Below, in pieces: positions 46,208-56,805 of a stretch of DNA of 64,000 nt. The position numbers and the translations under genes were made by a program. Positions within the stretch are counted from its first letter, which is position 1. The number at the start of each line of letters is the position of its first letter. The DNA is from an uncultured bacterium (lineage in GTDB: Bacteria; Krumholzibacteriota; Krumholzibacteriia; JACNKJ01): assembly GCA_963695095.1 (NCBI GenBank), contig CAVOFT010000001.1, positions 1,565,881 to 1,629,880 of the forward strand, given 5' to 3'. The notes beneath the pieces are model-generated. The model had not been told where the DNA came from and searched no databases. It saw only the letters and a program-made list of their open reading frames with translations.

Positions 46208-46584
46208 CTGGCGCTCCTGGCGGTTTCATCGCTCAGGCGGCCTGCACGGCCTTGCAGTCCGCATCCGCTGTCTCGGGCGATTTTCATGATGCCGTGCCCG
46301 ACAGCCCTCCCCGAACTGCCCCGTCACTTCCCATGCCATCCCCGGCGAGCTTGCGAGGGCGCGCGCCTCCTGCGCGCAACGCGGACCTTGCAAGGCCCGC
46401 GCCCCCGCCGGAGAATGCCGCGACCCTCGTATTGGATCTTTCGCCATCCGAAAACCCTTTGACGCTCTCTTCGCCGTGATCGACACTCGCGAACAGCGCC
46501 TGCCCGGCGCCCCCCGGTCGCCCCGGCCTTCCCCTGCGGGCCGCACGGCTCATCATCGCGGCAGCGGCGACCCTGCGCTATCCG

Positions 46585-47598
46585 ATGCGGTGGGGCGTCG
46601 TTCTTGCTAATCTGGGTTCCTGGTCCGGGAATTCTCGGGTCCTTGCCGCCACCGCCGGCCCGACTCGGTGGCTGGCCAACACGAAGGGGTTTCCCACGAG
46701 CGCTTCCGCCGGTCATGGCGCCGAACGCCTTTCCGAGCGCCGCTTCCGCCGGAGCATGCGCCTCCTCGGCGCGGCTTCGACCGCCGCGCTGCTCTGGCTC
46801 TGCTGGCGCGGCGCCGGGTTCTACCTGACCGCGGATGCCGAGCGTCCCCTGCACGCGGACTACGAGCGCTGGCGGCCGGCTGGAGACATCGGCCACGGCC
46901 TGGGCATCCTCGGCTCCCTGATGATGGTGATCCTGCTCGGCTACAGCCTGCGCAAGCGCTGGCGCCCCCTGCGCGCGGCGGGGCCCATCTCGCGCTGGCT
47001 CAGCGTGCACATCTACCTGGGCATTTTCGGCCCACTGCTCGTCGTGCTGCACAGCGCCTTCAAGGTGAACGGCCTCGTCTCGCTGAGCTTCTGGTCGATG
47101 GTGGCGGTGGCGGCCAGCGGCGTCCTGGGCCGCTATCTCTATCTCCAGATTCCGCGCAACCTGCAGGGCGACGCGCTGGACCTGGCGGCCCTCGAGACCG
47201 AGGACGCCGCGCTGAACGCGGCGCTGGCCGCCGACTTCGGCCTCGATGCGCAGACCCTGGCTGGACTGCAGCGTCTGGGGGGAACCGGGGAAGCTCGATC
47301 CCTGGGCGCGGCCTTGCTCGCCTCGCTCGCCAGCGACCTCACGCTGTCCCTGCGCCTGCGTCGCTTCCTCGCCCAGCGGACGGCCGGCTTTCGCCTACCC
47401 GCGGGCGAGCGGCGCCGGCTCCTGGCCCTGGCTCGCCGGCGGGCGCTCCTCGCGCGACGGCGCTTGCTGCTCGAGCGCCTGGAGCGGATCTTCCACTACT
47501 GGCATGTGATCCACAAACCTTTCGCCGTCGTGATGCTCGCCATCATGGTCGTGCACGTGGGAGTGACCGTCCTGTTGGGCTACCGATGGATCTTCTAA
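46585..47598 (+). CDS. membrane protein with His-bearing TM helices (cytochrome b-like)
   Basis: ~5 predicted helices with His pairs (…IGHGLGILG…, …SVHIYLGIFGPLLVVLHSAF…, …HYWHVIHKPFAVVMLAIMVVHVG…); stop overlaps the next start (TAATG); start codon uncertain. Confidence 0.5.
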   Translation: MRWGVVLANLGSWSGNSRVLAATAGPTRWLANTKGFPTSASAGHGAERLSERRFRRSMRLLGAASTAALLWLCWRGAGFYLTADAERPLHADYERWRPAGDIGHGLGILGSLMMVILLGYSLRKRWRPLRAAGPISRWLSVHIYLGIFGPLLVVLHSAFKVNGLVSLSFWSMVAVAASGVLGRYLYLQIPRNLQGDALDLAALETEDAALNAALAADFGLDAQTLAGLQRLGGTGEARSLGAALLASLASDLTLSLRLRRFLAQRTAGFRLPAGERRRLLALARRRALLARRRLLLERLERIFHYWHVIHKPFAVVMLAIMVVHVGVTVLLGYRWIF

Positions 47599-49277
47599 TG
47601 CGGGGCGCGCTGCGCTGCGCTCTGCTCTGCCTCGCCTGCGCCTGGGCGACGCCGGCCCCTGCCCAGCTCTCGCCGGGGCCGCTGTCCACGCCCCACGCCG
47701 AGCTCGAGGGCCTCAAGCGCTGCACGAGCTGCCACGAGATCGGCGAGGGCGTGCGCGCGGACAAGTGCTTCGCCTGTCATCGCCAGCTCGGCGCGCGGAT
47801 CGCCGCGGGCCAGGGCCTGCACGCCGGTGCCGACTACGCGAACTGCATCGGCTGTCACTCCGAGCACCACGGGCGCGACTATCCCCTCATCCGCTGGCCC
47901 GGCGGCGAAGCCAACTTCGACCACGGGGCCGCCGGCTACACGCTCGTCGGCGCCCATGCCCGCCTCGGCTGCCGCGACTGCCACCGCGAGGCGTTCGTCG
48001 CCGGCGCTGCCGCGCTGAGGGCCGAAGGCAGCGATCCCGCGCGCAGCTTTCTCGGACTCGGCAAGACCTGCCTGGACTGCCACCAGGATCCGCATCGCGG
48101 CGAGCTGGGCGCGCGCTGCCTCGCCTGCCACGGCGAGGAGGCCTGGCGGCCCGCCGCCGGCTTCGACCACGCGAGCACGCGCTATCCCCTGCGCGGCAAG
48201 CACGCAGATGTGGCTTGCGAGAAGTGCCATCCGCGCAGCGGCGGCGCCGCGACGGGGGACCTGCACATCGCCTTCAAGGGCGTCGCCTTTGCCGATTGCC
48301 GGGACTGCCACCAGGATCCGCACGCCGGCCGCTTCAAGGAAGCCTGCGCGAGCTGTCACAGCGAGAGCGGCTGGCGGCAGGGCGCGAGCGCGCGCTTCGA
48401 TCACGAGCGCACGCGCTATCCTCTGCGCGGCCGGCACGCCGCGCTGGACTGCGGGGCCTGCCACAAGCCGGGCGTCCCGCACGCGCCCCTGGCCCACGCG
48501 CGCTGTCTGGACTGTCACGCGGACAAGCATGAAGGGCAGTTCAAGCTGGCCGGCGCGCTCAGGGATTGCAGCGATTGTCACGACGCCGGCATCAAGGGCT
48601 TCGCGCCTGCGAAGTTCGGTCCGGCGCAGCACGCCGCGAGTCGCTACCCCCTGGCCGGAGCGCACCTGGCCGTGGCCTGCCGCGACTGCCATGCACCCAC
48701 GGCCGCCTTCGCCGCCGGGCGCTTCCGCTACGCCGACACCAGCTGCAGCAGCTGCCACGCGGATCCGCACGGCAAGGCGCTCGCGCTCGCGGGTGAGGCC
48801 CGCCGCTGCGAGGCCTGCCACCAGGTGGCGAGCTGGCGCGCTGTGGCCTGGGATCATGCGCAGACGGCCTTCCCCCTGGCCGAGCGCCACGCCGAGATCG
48901 CCTGCCGCGCTTGTCACGAGCCGATCGCCGGCCAGCCCGCCGGGACGCTGCGTTTCGCCGGCCTGGGCAAGGACTGCGCGACCTGCCATGCCGACGTCCA
49001 CCGGGGGCAGTTCGTGCTGGCCGGCGAGCAGGCGACGCGCTGCGAGCGCTGCCACGACAGCCGCGATTGGTTCGCCGCTCGCTTCGAGCACAACCGCGAT
49101 GCGCGCTTTGCCCTGGACGGCGCCCACGCGCCCCTGGCTTGCACCGCCTGCCACCAACCCCTCGCAGCTGCAGCGGGCCAGCCGGTCACGCTGCGCTACA
49201 AGCCGCTGCCGACGGACTGCAAGTCCTGTCATCCGGACCTCGTCCCGGCAGCGTCCACGCAAGGAGATCGGCCATGA
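47598..49277 (+). CDS. multiheme c-type cytochrome (~20 CxxCH)
   Basis: Signal peptide MRGALRCALLCLACAWATPAPA; ~20 CxxCH in repeated FDHxxTxYPLxGxHxxxxCxxCH modules. Confidence 0.85.
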   Translation: MRGALRCALLCLACAWATPAPAQLSPGPLSTPHAELEGLKRCTSCHEIGEGVRADKCFACHRQLGARIAAGQGLHAGADYANCIGCHSEHHGRDYPLIRWPGGEANFDHGAAGYTLVGAHARLGCRDCHREAFVAGAAALRAEGSDPARSFLGLGKTCLDCHQDPHRGELGARCLACHGEEAWRPAAGFDHASTRYPLRGKHADVACEKCHPRSGGAATGDLHIAFKGVAFADCRDCHQDPHAGRFKEACASCHSESGWRQGASARFDHERTRYPLRGRHAALDCGACHKPGVPHAPLAHARCLDCHADKHEGQFKLAGALRDCSDCHDAGIKGFAPAKFGPAQHAASRYPLAGAHLAVACRDCHAPTAAFAAGRFRYADTSCSSCHADPHGKALALAGEARRCEACHQVASWRAVAWDHAQTAFPLAERHAEIACRACHEPIAGQPAGTLRFAGLGKDCATCHADVHRGQFVLAGEQATRCERCHDSRDWFAARFEHNRDARFALDGAHAPLACTACHQPLAAAAGQPVTLRYKPLPTDCKSCHPDLVPAASTQGDRP

Positions 49278-50560
49278 TCGCCGGGACCGCTCGACTTCGC
49301 CGCGCTCTGCCCTGGCTGCTGCTGCCGCTGCCCTTCCTGATCCTGCTCGGGGCCGGCGATGATCAAGCTGGACAGAGCCCGCAGAGCCCGCAGAGCCCGC
49401 ACGGACCGCTTGCCATCGACTGCGCGCACTGCCATGCCACGGATAGCTGGCGCTTCGCCGCCGGCCGGGGCTTCGCGCACGACAGCACGGGCTATGTCCT
49501 CGAGGGCGCGCACGCCCAGGCCGATTGCGTCGGCTGTCACGGCGACCTGCGCTTCGGCCGCGTCGCCTCGGCCTGCGCGGATTGCCACCTCGACGTGCAC
49601 GCCGGCGAGCTGGGCTTCGACTGCGCCGGCTGTCACTCTCCGCACGATTGGCAGCCGACGGGCGGGACCCTGGCCCTGCACGCCGCGCGCGGCTTTCCCC
49701 TGCTCGGTGTCCACGCGCGGGTGGATTGCGAATCCTGCCACGTCGGCGCCAAGGGCGAGGAGTTCGCGGGCACGCCGAGCGACTGCTTCGCCTGCCACGC
49801 CGACGACTACGCGGCGACCTCGGCGCCCGACCACGGGGCGGCGGGCATGTCCACGGACTGCCTGAGCTGCCACTCCTCGGTGGCGCCTGGCTGGGGCGAC
49901 AGCAACTTCGATCACGATGCCTACTTCCCGCTGAGCGGCGCCCACGCTCGCCTGGACTGCCTGGCCTGTCACCAGGGCGGCTTCGGCGGCCAGCCGACCA
50001 GCTGCATCGGCTGCCACCAGGCCGACTACGACGGCGCGGACGATCCCGATCACCGGGCCGCCAACTTCGACACGGCCTGCCTCGTCTGTCACAGCACGCA
50101 GGCCTGGTCGCCGGCCACCTTCAATCACGCGGCGACGGCCTTTCCGCTCACGGGCGCGCACACGAGCGCGAGCTGCCTGAGCTGCCATGCCTCCGGCTAC
50201 GCCGGCACGCCGACGGACTGCTACGCCTGCCACCAGGGGGACTTCGAAAGCGCCGACGATCCGGATCACGCGGCCGCCGGCTTCAACACGCAGTGCGCAG
50301 TCTGCCACTCCACGGCGAACTGGTCGCCCTCCACCTGGGACCACGATCAGCTCTTCCCGATCTACTCGGGCCGCCATCGGGGCGAGTGGAACAGCTGCGC
50401 GGACTGCCACGTGCAGTCCACGAACTACGCCGAGTTCGAGTGCATCCTCTGCCACGAGCACAGCCAGAACGAAACCGACGGCCATCACGACAACGTGGAC
50501 GACTACGTCTACGAGAGCGCGGCCTGCTTCGACTGCCACCCGCGCGGCGAGGCCGATTGA
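49274..50560 (+). CDS. multiheme c-type cytochrome (~16 CxxCH)
   Basis: Signal peptide; ~16 CxxCH in the same module type; ATGA overlap with the previous gene. Confidence 0.85.
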   Translation: MIAGTARLRRALPWLLLPLPFLILLGAGDDQAGQSPQSPQSPHGPLAIDCAHCHATDSWRFAAGRGFAHDSTGYVLEGAHAQADCVGCHGDLRFGRVASACADCHLDVHAGELGFDCAGCHSPHDWQPTGGTLALHAARGFPLLGVHARVDCESCHVGAKGEEFAGTPSDCFACHADDYAATSAPDHGAAGMSTDCLSCHSSVAPGWGDSNFDHDAYFPLSGAHARLDCLACHQGGFGGQPTSCIGCHQADYDGADDPDHRAANFDTACLVCHSTQAWSPATFNHAATAFPLTGAHTSASCLSCHASGYAGTPTDCYACHQGDFESADDPDHAAAGFNTQCAVCHSTANWSPSTWDHDQLFPIYSGRHRGEWNSCADCHVQSTNYAEFECILCHEHSQNETDGHHDNVDDYVYESAACFDCHPRGEAD

Positions 50561-52113
50561 TGCACAGGTTCATTCCGGCCCTCGCATTCCTGCTCGCCGC
50601 GAGCGCCGCCGCGGCCTCGCCGGAGGCGCGCATCCGCTACCTCTCGGCCGAGCAGGTCTATCTGGATGCGGGCCTCGCCGCCGGCTTCGCCGAGGGGGAT
50701 ACCCTGGGCGTGCTGCGCGAAGGCAGGACCGTGGCCAGCTTGCTCGTCCTCCATGCCGCCGAGCACTCGGCAGCCTGCCGCATCCTGGCCAGCCGGGTGG
50801 CGCTCGCCGCCGGCGACCGCGTGCGCGGAGTGCAGCGCAGCGCGCCGCCGGCCGTCGCCGTGCCTCCGGCAGCGCCGCGGCGGAGCCGGGACCCCGCGGC
50901 GCCCGCGCCCGGTAGCCCGGCGTCCCGCGCCTCCAGCGGCCGCTTCAGCGGCAGCCTGCGCTTCGCCTGGGACGCCTACCGGGACGACGCCGCCGCCGCG
51001 CGCGACTACGACCGGCTCAGCGCGACACTCGGCCTGCGCGGTGAGCAGCTGGCCGGCCGCGACCTGCGTCTCGATCTGCGCCTGCGCCAGCGCACGGTGA
51101 AGCGCACAGGCGCAGCCGACGAGCAGCGCCTGCGCCTCTACGCCGCGGCGATCGAGTACGGCGCAAGCAGGGGCCGCTGGCACCTGGCCGCGGGCCGCCT
51201 CGGTGGGGGCCGGCAATCGGGAGCCGGCGCTCTGGACGGCCTCCTCGTCGGCCGCCGTCTGGGCGATGCCGAACTCGGCGGCTACTTCGGCGCCATGCCC
51301 GACTGGAATGAGGAGGGCCTGCGCGATCGGGGCACGCGCGGGGGTCTCTACCTGCGCCAGCGCCTGGCATCCGCGCAGTGGTCCCTCGAAGCGGTGGGCG
51401 AGCGCCTCGCCGGCGAGAGCAGCCGCGACTACCTCCTGGCGGGCAGTTCCTGGCAGCGCGGCGCCCTCAGCCTGCGCGAACGCCTCGAACTGGATTGGAA
51501 CCGCGGTTGGCGGGGGGACCGGGCGGCGGACGCCCTTCAGGTCAGCGCGCTGAATGTCGGCGCCGACTGGCGGCCGCACGCGGACTTCGGCCTCGGCCTG
51601 CGTGTGGACAGCCGCGCCACGCCCCTGGACGGCGAGCAGCGCACGCTCCCCGATAGCCTCTTCCAGGAAGCGCGCTCGCAGGGCAGCAGCCTGAGCCTCT
51701 CCTGGCGTCCCCTGCCCGGCGCGCGCCTGGGCGCGCGCGCCGGTTGGCGCAGCCGCGCCGGGTCTGCGCGCGGGACGGCCTCATGGGGTCTGGACCTGGG
51801 CATCGACGCGCCGGCCCTGCCTCACCTGCACCTGGATCTCCGCCTGAGCGGCTTCGACGGCGAAGCGGCCCGAGGCCTCTCCCCGAGCGCGGACCTGCGC
51901 CGGCGCTTCCGCGCGGGCCACGAGCTGGGACTGGCCGCGGGCGCCTACCTCTACACGCCGCGCGACCTCGAGGCTCGCCACAATCGCTGGCTGCGCGCCG
52001 AGGGTCGCCTGGCGCTAGCCGGCCGCGCCTGGCTGGGGCTCTCCATCGAAACGGATGGCGGCGACGATCTCAGCGGCCGGCGCTTCGGCGCCGAACTGGG
52101 ACGGCGCTTCTAG
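50560..52113 (+). CDS. secreted Arg/Gly-rich protein, possible outer-membrane beta-barrel
   Basis: Signal peptide MHRFIPALAFLLAASAAAA; alternating hydrophobic pattern; C-terminal …GRRF; start overlaps the previous stop. Confidence 0.5.
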   Translation: MHRFIPALAFLLAASAAAASPEARIRYLSAEQVYLDAGLAAGFAEGDTLGVLREGRTVASLLVLHAAEHSAACRILASRVALAAGDRVRGVQRSAPPAVAVPPAAPRRSRDPAAPAPGSPASRASSGRFSGSLRFAWDAYRDDAAAARDYDRLSATLGLRGEQLAGRDLRLDLRLRQRTVKRTGAADEQRLRLYAAAIEYGASRGRWHLAAGRLGGGRQSGAGALDGLLVGRRLGDAELGGYFGAMPDWNEEGLRDRGTRGGLYLRQRLASAQWSLEAVGERLAGESSRDYLLAGSSWQRGALSLRERLELDWNRGWRGDRAADALQVSALNVGADWRPHADFGLGLRVDSRATPLDGEQRTLPDSLFQEARSQGSSLSLSWRPLPGARLGARAGWRSRAGSARGTASWGLDLGIDAPALPHLHLDLRLSGFDGEAARGLSPSADLRRRFRAGHELGLAAGAYLYTPRDLEARHNRWLRAEGRLALAGRAWLGLSIETDGGDDLSGRRFGAELGRRF

Positions 52114-52114
52114 C

Positions 52115-53405
52115 ATGGAGACCCTTGCCATCTGGGGCGGCGCCCTCTTGCTCGTGCTGGCCGTCGTGCTGCCCTACGCGCGCAGCTTCCGCCGCCGCGA
52201 GCGCGAGACGGCCGCCCGGCGCGCGGAAGCGGTAGCGCTGGGGGCCGATCGCGCCATCGCCCAGCACCCCCAGGTCGACGCGCTGCGCTGCATCGGCTGC
52301 GGCGCCTGTGTCGCCGCCTGTCCCGAGGGGGAGGTGCTGGGTCTGGTGGCGGGCAAGGCCGTCATCATCAACGGGCTCAAGTGCGTGGGCCACGGCCTCT
52401 GCGCGGTGGCCTGTCCGGTCGAGGGTATCAGCGTCGGGCTGGGCGACCTCGGCGCGCGCGACGACATCCCCCAGCACGATGCGCATCTGGAGACGAACCT
52501 GCCGGGGGTCTACGTGGCCGGCGAGTTGAGCGGCTATGCGCTGATCCGCAACGCGGTGGCCCAGGGCGTCCAGGCCGTCGAGCACATGGCGAGCCAGCCG
52601 CGGGCGGCGGCGGATCGCCTCGACCTGCTCATCGTGGGCGCCGGGCCGGCGGGCCTGGCCGCGGCCCTCGCCGCCAAGGAGGCGGGCCTGCGCAGCCTGG
52701 TGCTGGAGCGCGAGGCCGCGGGCGGGACAATCTTGCAGTACCCGCGCAAGAAGCTCGTGCTGACCCAGCCGGTGGCGATCCCCCTCTACGGCGTTCTCGA
52801 CCGCGAGGAGTACACCAAGGAGGAGCTGCTGGAGATCTGGCGCGGCATCGTCGAGCGCTTCGCGCTTGCCCATCGAGATCGGCGCCAGCGTGGACGGCAT
52901 GCAGGCGCTCGCCGGGGGCGGTTATCGCCTCACGGCCGCCGGGCGGCACTGGGATGCTCAGCGCGTGCTGCTCGCCCTGGGCCGCCGCGGCACGCCGCGC
53001 AAGCTGGGCGTGCCCGGCGAGGACAGCGAGAAGGTCTTCTACAAGCTGCTCGATGCCGCCTCCTTCGCCGGCGAGCGCGTGCTCGTCGTGGGCGGTGGCG
53101 ACAGCGCCGTCGAGGCGGCAATGGGCCTGGCCCTGCAGGAGCACACGGCCGTCACCCTCGCCTACCGCAAGGAGAAGCTGTTCCGCATCAAGCGGCGCAA
53201 CGAAGAGCGCTTCGCGCCGCTCCTGCGGGAGGGCCGCCTGCGCGCGGCCTTCAATGCGGATGTGCTCGCCATCGAGCCTGAGGCCGTACGCTTGCGCGTC
53301 GCGGGCAGGGAGGAGACGCTCGCCAACGATCGCGTCTTCGTTCTCGCGGGCGGCGAGCCGCCCTTCCCCCTGCTCAAGGCGATGGGCTTGCGCTTCGGCC
53401 GCTAG
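52115..53405 (+). CDS. membrane-anchored ferredoxin-domain/FAD-dependent pyridine nucleotide-disulfide-type oxidoreductase (one +1 frame change)
   Basis: N-terminal TM helix, CIGCGACVAACP and CVGHGLCAVACP cluster motifs, LLIVGAGPAG and VVGGGDSAVE dinucleotide motifs; C-terminal part in ORF 52866..53405; shift near 52860. Confidence 0.7.
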
Positions 53406-53431
53406 CGCCGGCGGCGCCAGCCGTGGCGGCC

Positions 53432-54268
53432 TCAGTCCCGCGCGCGCGGCGTGCCGGGCGCGCGCACCCAGTCCACCCAGGAGCCATCGTAGAGCGCGAC
53501 GTCGTCCTGGCCCAGGCGCGCGAAGGCGAAGGCCAGCACGCAGGCCGTGACGCCCGAGCCGCAGCTCACGGCCAGGGAGCGCTGCAGATTGAGACCCGCG
53601 GCGGCGACGCGCGCGCGCAGGCCCTCGTCGGCGAGCAAGCGGCCGTCTGCGTCGAGCAGCTCCGCATAAGGGAGGTTCCGGCTGTCCGGGATGCGCCCCG
53701 GCTCGCCCCAGGGCTCGGGGCCGAGGCCGGCGAAGCGCTCGCGGCTGCGGGCGTCCACGAGCAGGCGCTCGCGGCGCTCGAGGTTGGCGAGCACCGCCTC
53801 GCGATCCCAGACGGCGAAGCGCCCTGCCCGCGCTGCGCGCACTTGCGGTGCGGGGCGCTCTTCGCCGGTCGCCAGGGGCAGGCCCGCCCTCTGCCAGGCG
53901 GGCAGGCCGCCGTCCAGGACGGCGACGCGGGCCTGGCCGAAGTGGCGGAAGGTCCACCAGGCGCGGCAGGCGGCCGAAGCCACCCCCGTCTGATCATAGA
54001 CGACGACGCGATCGGCCTCGGCGATGCCGAGGGCGCCGGCCGCGGCGGCGAAGGTGGCCGCATCGGGCAGCATGTGGGGCAGCGCAGCCGGCGGGCCGGC
54101 CACGCTGTCGATGTCGAAGAAGACGGCGCCGGGCAGGCGCGCCTCGCGGTAGCGGGCGCGGGCATCCAGGCCGGAGGCCGGAGCGTGCCAGCTGGCGTCG
54201 ACGAGGCGCAGACCCGGCGCGCCGAGCAGAGCGGCCAGATCGGTGGGAGCGATGAGTTCGGCGTCCAT
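53432..54268 (-). CDS. sseA: 3-mercaptopyruvate/thiosulfate sulfurtransferase (tandem rhodanese)
   Basis: Two rhodanese domains with active-site CGSGVTAC. Confidence 0.85.
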   Translation of the reverse strand: MDAELIAPTDLAALLGAPGLRLVDASWHAPASGLDARARYREARLPGAVFFDIDSVAGPPAALPHMLPDAATFAAAAGALGIAEADRVVVYDQTGVASAACRAWWTFRHFGQARVAVLDGGLPAWQRAGLPLATGEERPAPQVRAARAGRFAVWDREAVLANLERRERLLVDARSRERFAGLGPEPWGEPGRIPDSRNLPYAELLDADGRLLADEGLRARVAAAGLNLQRSLAVSCGSGVTACVLAFAFARLGQDDVALYDGSWVDWVRAPGTPRARD

Positions 54269-54489
54269 GGCAGCGAGAGATGGCAGAGCGACAGTTCGCG
54301 GTCAAGCCGAGAGGCAGCTGTTAAGCGTCTATTAAGAGGGGAAATTCCGCTTGCCGGATCGGAGCGCTCTGCCTAGTTTCTGCGGGACCTCGGAGCGCCG
54401 CGTCCGGCGAAGGGACCGCTGCGGCATCATTTTCCAAGGCCGGACCCCGCTGGGGTCGATGACCGTGCAATCCTGAGGGAGGATCAGCG

Positions 54490-55599
54490 ATGAAGAGAGC
54501 CACGTTCCTCGCGGCGGCGCTGCTGCTGCTCGCGCTGGCCGGGGCGGCCCGGGCGGAGGGTTCCTTGGTGGGTCTGCTGCAGACCTGGTGGTCTTACACC
54601 GCCTACACGGATCCGGATAGCTCCAAGTTCGATGCCAGCCAGACCGGCTTCGGCGTGCGCCGCGCTCGCATCGGCTACGACTACAAGGGCGGCGACATGT
54701 CGGGCGGCCTGCTGGGGGACGTCAGCGGCCTCAACGTCGTCATCCTGGATGCCTATGCCGACTGGAAGTTCACCGAGAAGGCGAGCCTGCGGGCGGGGCG
54801 CTTCATCGGCGTACAGAGCCAGGCGGCGGGGCTGACTTCTTCGGCCAAGATCGACCTCGTGGAGCGCAGCATCGTGGGCCGCCGCGTGGGCAGCGGCACC
54901 GTGGGCGGCGATTATCGAACCTTCGGGGCCCAGCTCACGCTGGAGCCCAGCGACATGTTCAAGGCGCAGCTGCTCGCGCACAACGGCAGCGGCAGCTGGG
55001 GCGCCGACTTCACGCCCTCCACCAACAGCCACGGCGATCCCACGGCCTTGGATGACGAGGACGAGCCAGCGCCCACGATGGCCGACACCGGCGCGCTGCC
55101 CCAGCTCGACTTCGGCATCAGCGCGACGCCGACGCCGGAACTCAGCGTGGGCTTCACCTACGGCCTGCCCAACGAGTTCCGCAGCCCGACCGGCTCGCTG
55201 ACGGCCTTCGTCTACTACGCGGCCCCCGCCTACTACTTCAAGTTCGACTACGCCACCTTGATGTGGAATCCGGTCTGGGACGACGACGCTGCCGACTACA
55301 GCAGCCTCGGCTACTCGCTGACCGCCGGCTATAGCCTGAACAAGAAGGCCGAGCTGGTGGGACGCTACGAGATCTGGGACACCAACACGGACGTCGACTA
55401 CGCGAGCGAGGATGCCGTGGGGGATCCGGAGCTGGTCAAGAACCTGGGCCTGGGCGTGAACTACTACGTCAACCCGGACGCCAAGTACGATCAGGTCTTC
55501 AAGGTCGCCTTCACGCTGCGCCTGGACGACATGCCCGACGGCGTGGACATCGCCGATCCCTACCTCTTCCAGCTCATGTGGCAGATCTACGTGCACTAG
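54490..55599 (+). CDS. putative outer-membrane porin
   Basis: Signal peptide MKRATFLAAALLLLALAGAARA; beta-strand-like alternation with Tyr/Gly-rich segments. Confidence 0.55.
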   Translation: MKRATFLAAALLLLALAGAARAEGSLVGLLQTWWSYTAYTDPDSSKFDASQTGFGVRRARIGYDYKGGDMSGGLLGDVSGLNVVILDAYADWKFTEKASLRAGRFIGVQSQAAGLTSSAKIDLVERSIVGRRVGSGTVGGDYRTFGAQLTLEPSDMFKAQLLAHNGSGSWGADFTPSTNSHGDPTALDDEDEPAPTMADTGALPQLDFGISATPTPELSVGFTYGLPNEFRSPTGSLTAFVYYAAPAYYFKFDYATLMWNPVWDDDAADYSSLGYSLTAGYSLNKKAELVGRYEIWDTNTDVDYASEDAVGDPELVKNLGLGVNYYVNPDAKYDQVFKVAFTLRLDDMPDGVDIADPYLFQLMWQIYVH

Positions 55600-55651
55600 C
55601 CGCTGCCGCGCTGGGCCCGGGGCGAAGGGGGAAGGCAGCCTTCCCCCTTCG

Positions 55652-56266
55652 TCATTGGCGGCCTGCCGCCGGCGCCGCGAAGTGCAGGGGCGCGCTGGCG
55701 TCCAGCTCGCGCCCCGCCGCGTCAACCGGCACCACGCGCCAGAAGCCCCTGGCTGGCGGCAGCGAGTCCATGCTCGCGGGCCAGAGGAGCAGGGTGTCGG
55801 CTGCCAGCGCGCTGAAGCGCAGGCGCGCCTCGGCATCGTAGAGTTCGAAGCGATAGAGCCGGGCTCGAGCGTCGGCCGTCCAGCGGAAACGCCGGGCCGG
55901 GGCGTCCAGGCTCCCGGCGGGCTCGAGTCCTTTCACCTGACCGGCTTCGCCGCGCAGGCGGGGGACCGCGGGCGAGCCGGCGCGCTCACGCCAGCCGGGA
56001 CCCAGCCAGAGCAGGGCGATGGCCGCTGCCAGCGGCAGGGCCGCGATCAGGCTCCGGCGGCGCCAGTGCAGCCCACGGCGGCGCCGCCCCTCGTCCGCGA
56101 TGGCCCCCTGGAGATTCACCTGGGCGTAGAGCGCCTCGCTGGCCTGGGCGTCCCCGAGCAGCTCCGCTTCGAGGGCCGCCCGGTCGGCGGCCGCCAGGCG
56201 GCCGGCCAGGTAGTCCGCCAGTCGCGTCTCGCGATCGCCGGCATCTCCGCCCACATCGAGCTTCAT
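55652..56266 (-). CDS. putative membrane anti-sigma factor
   Basis: In-frame ATG (MKLDVGGD) overlapping the sigma gene stop; one TM segment (LIAALPLAAAIALLWLG); position directly after the ECF sigma gene. Confidence 0.45.
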   Translation of the reverse strand: MKLDVGGDAGDRETRLADYLAGRLAAADRAALEAELLGDAQASEALYAQVNLQGAIADEGRRRRGLHWRRRSLIAALPLAAAIALLWLGPGWRERAGSPAVPRLRGEAGQVKGLEPAGSLDAPARRFRWTADARARLYRFELYDAEARLRFSALAADTLLLWPASMDSLPPARGFWRVVPVDAAGRELDASAPLHFAAPAAGRQ

Positions 56267-56805
56267 GGCAACACTCCTCGCTGGATCAGGATCTCCCGCA
56301 GGCGGGCGCGGCAGCGGTACAGCCGGCGGTAGAGCAGCTCGGCAGCCAGGCCCTCCGAGGCTGCCAGTGTCGCCGGCGAGGCGCCGGCCAGCAGGCGGCG
56401 CAGGTAGCGGCTGCAATCGGGCGCGCTCGGCGCCAGCGCGTCCAGCGCAGCCGCCAGGGCATGGGAGCGCTCCGCGCGTTCGAGCGCTTCGAGCGGACTG
56501 GGCTCCGCGCTGCCGGCGACCTGCGCAGCGCTCAGCGACTCGTGGCGACGGTGCCGCTGGCGCTGGTAGTGGTTGCCGATCGTGTTGCGGAGCACCTGAA
56601 AGCACCAGGCCAGGGGGGGCAGGCCCTCGGGCATTCGCGCTTCGCCGGCAGCTCCCGCCACGATGCCCCGCTCGTAGACCACGCGCAACGCCTCCTGTAC
56701 CGTATCCTCGACCGCTTCGGCGGCCACGCGGCGGCTGGCGATCTCCATGAAGCGCGCCCGCAGGGCCGTCAACCAGCGCTCACGCTCGGCAGACGGCCCG
56801 CTCAT
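56263..56805 (-). CDS. ECF-type RNA polymerase sigma factor
   Basis: Sigma-70 region 2/4-like sequence; start overlaps the CHAT gene stop. Confidence 0.7.
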   Translation of the reverse strand: MSGPSAERERWLTALRARFMEIASRRVAAEAVEDTVQEALRVVYERGIVAGAAGEARMPEGLPPLAWCFQVLRNTIGNHYQRQRHRRHESLSAAQVAGSAEPSPLEALERAERSHALAAALDALAPSAPDCSRYLRRLLAGASPATLAASEGLAAELLYRRLYRCRARLREILIQRGVLP

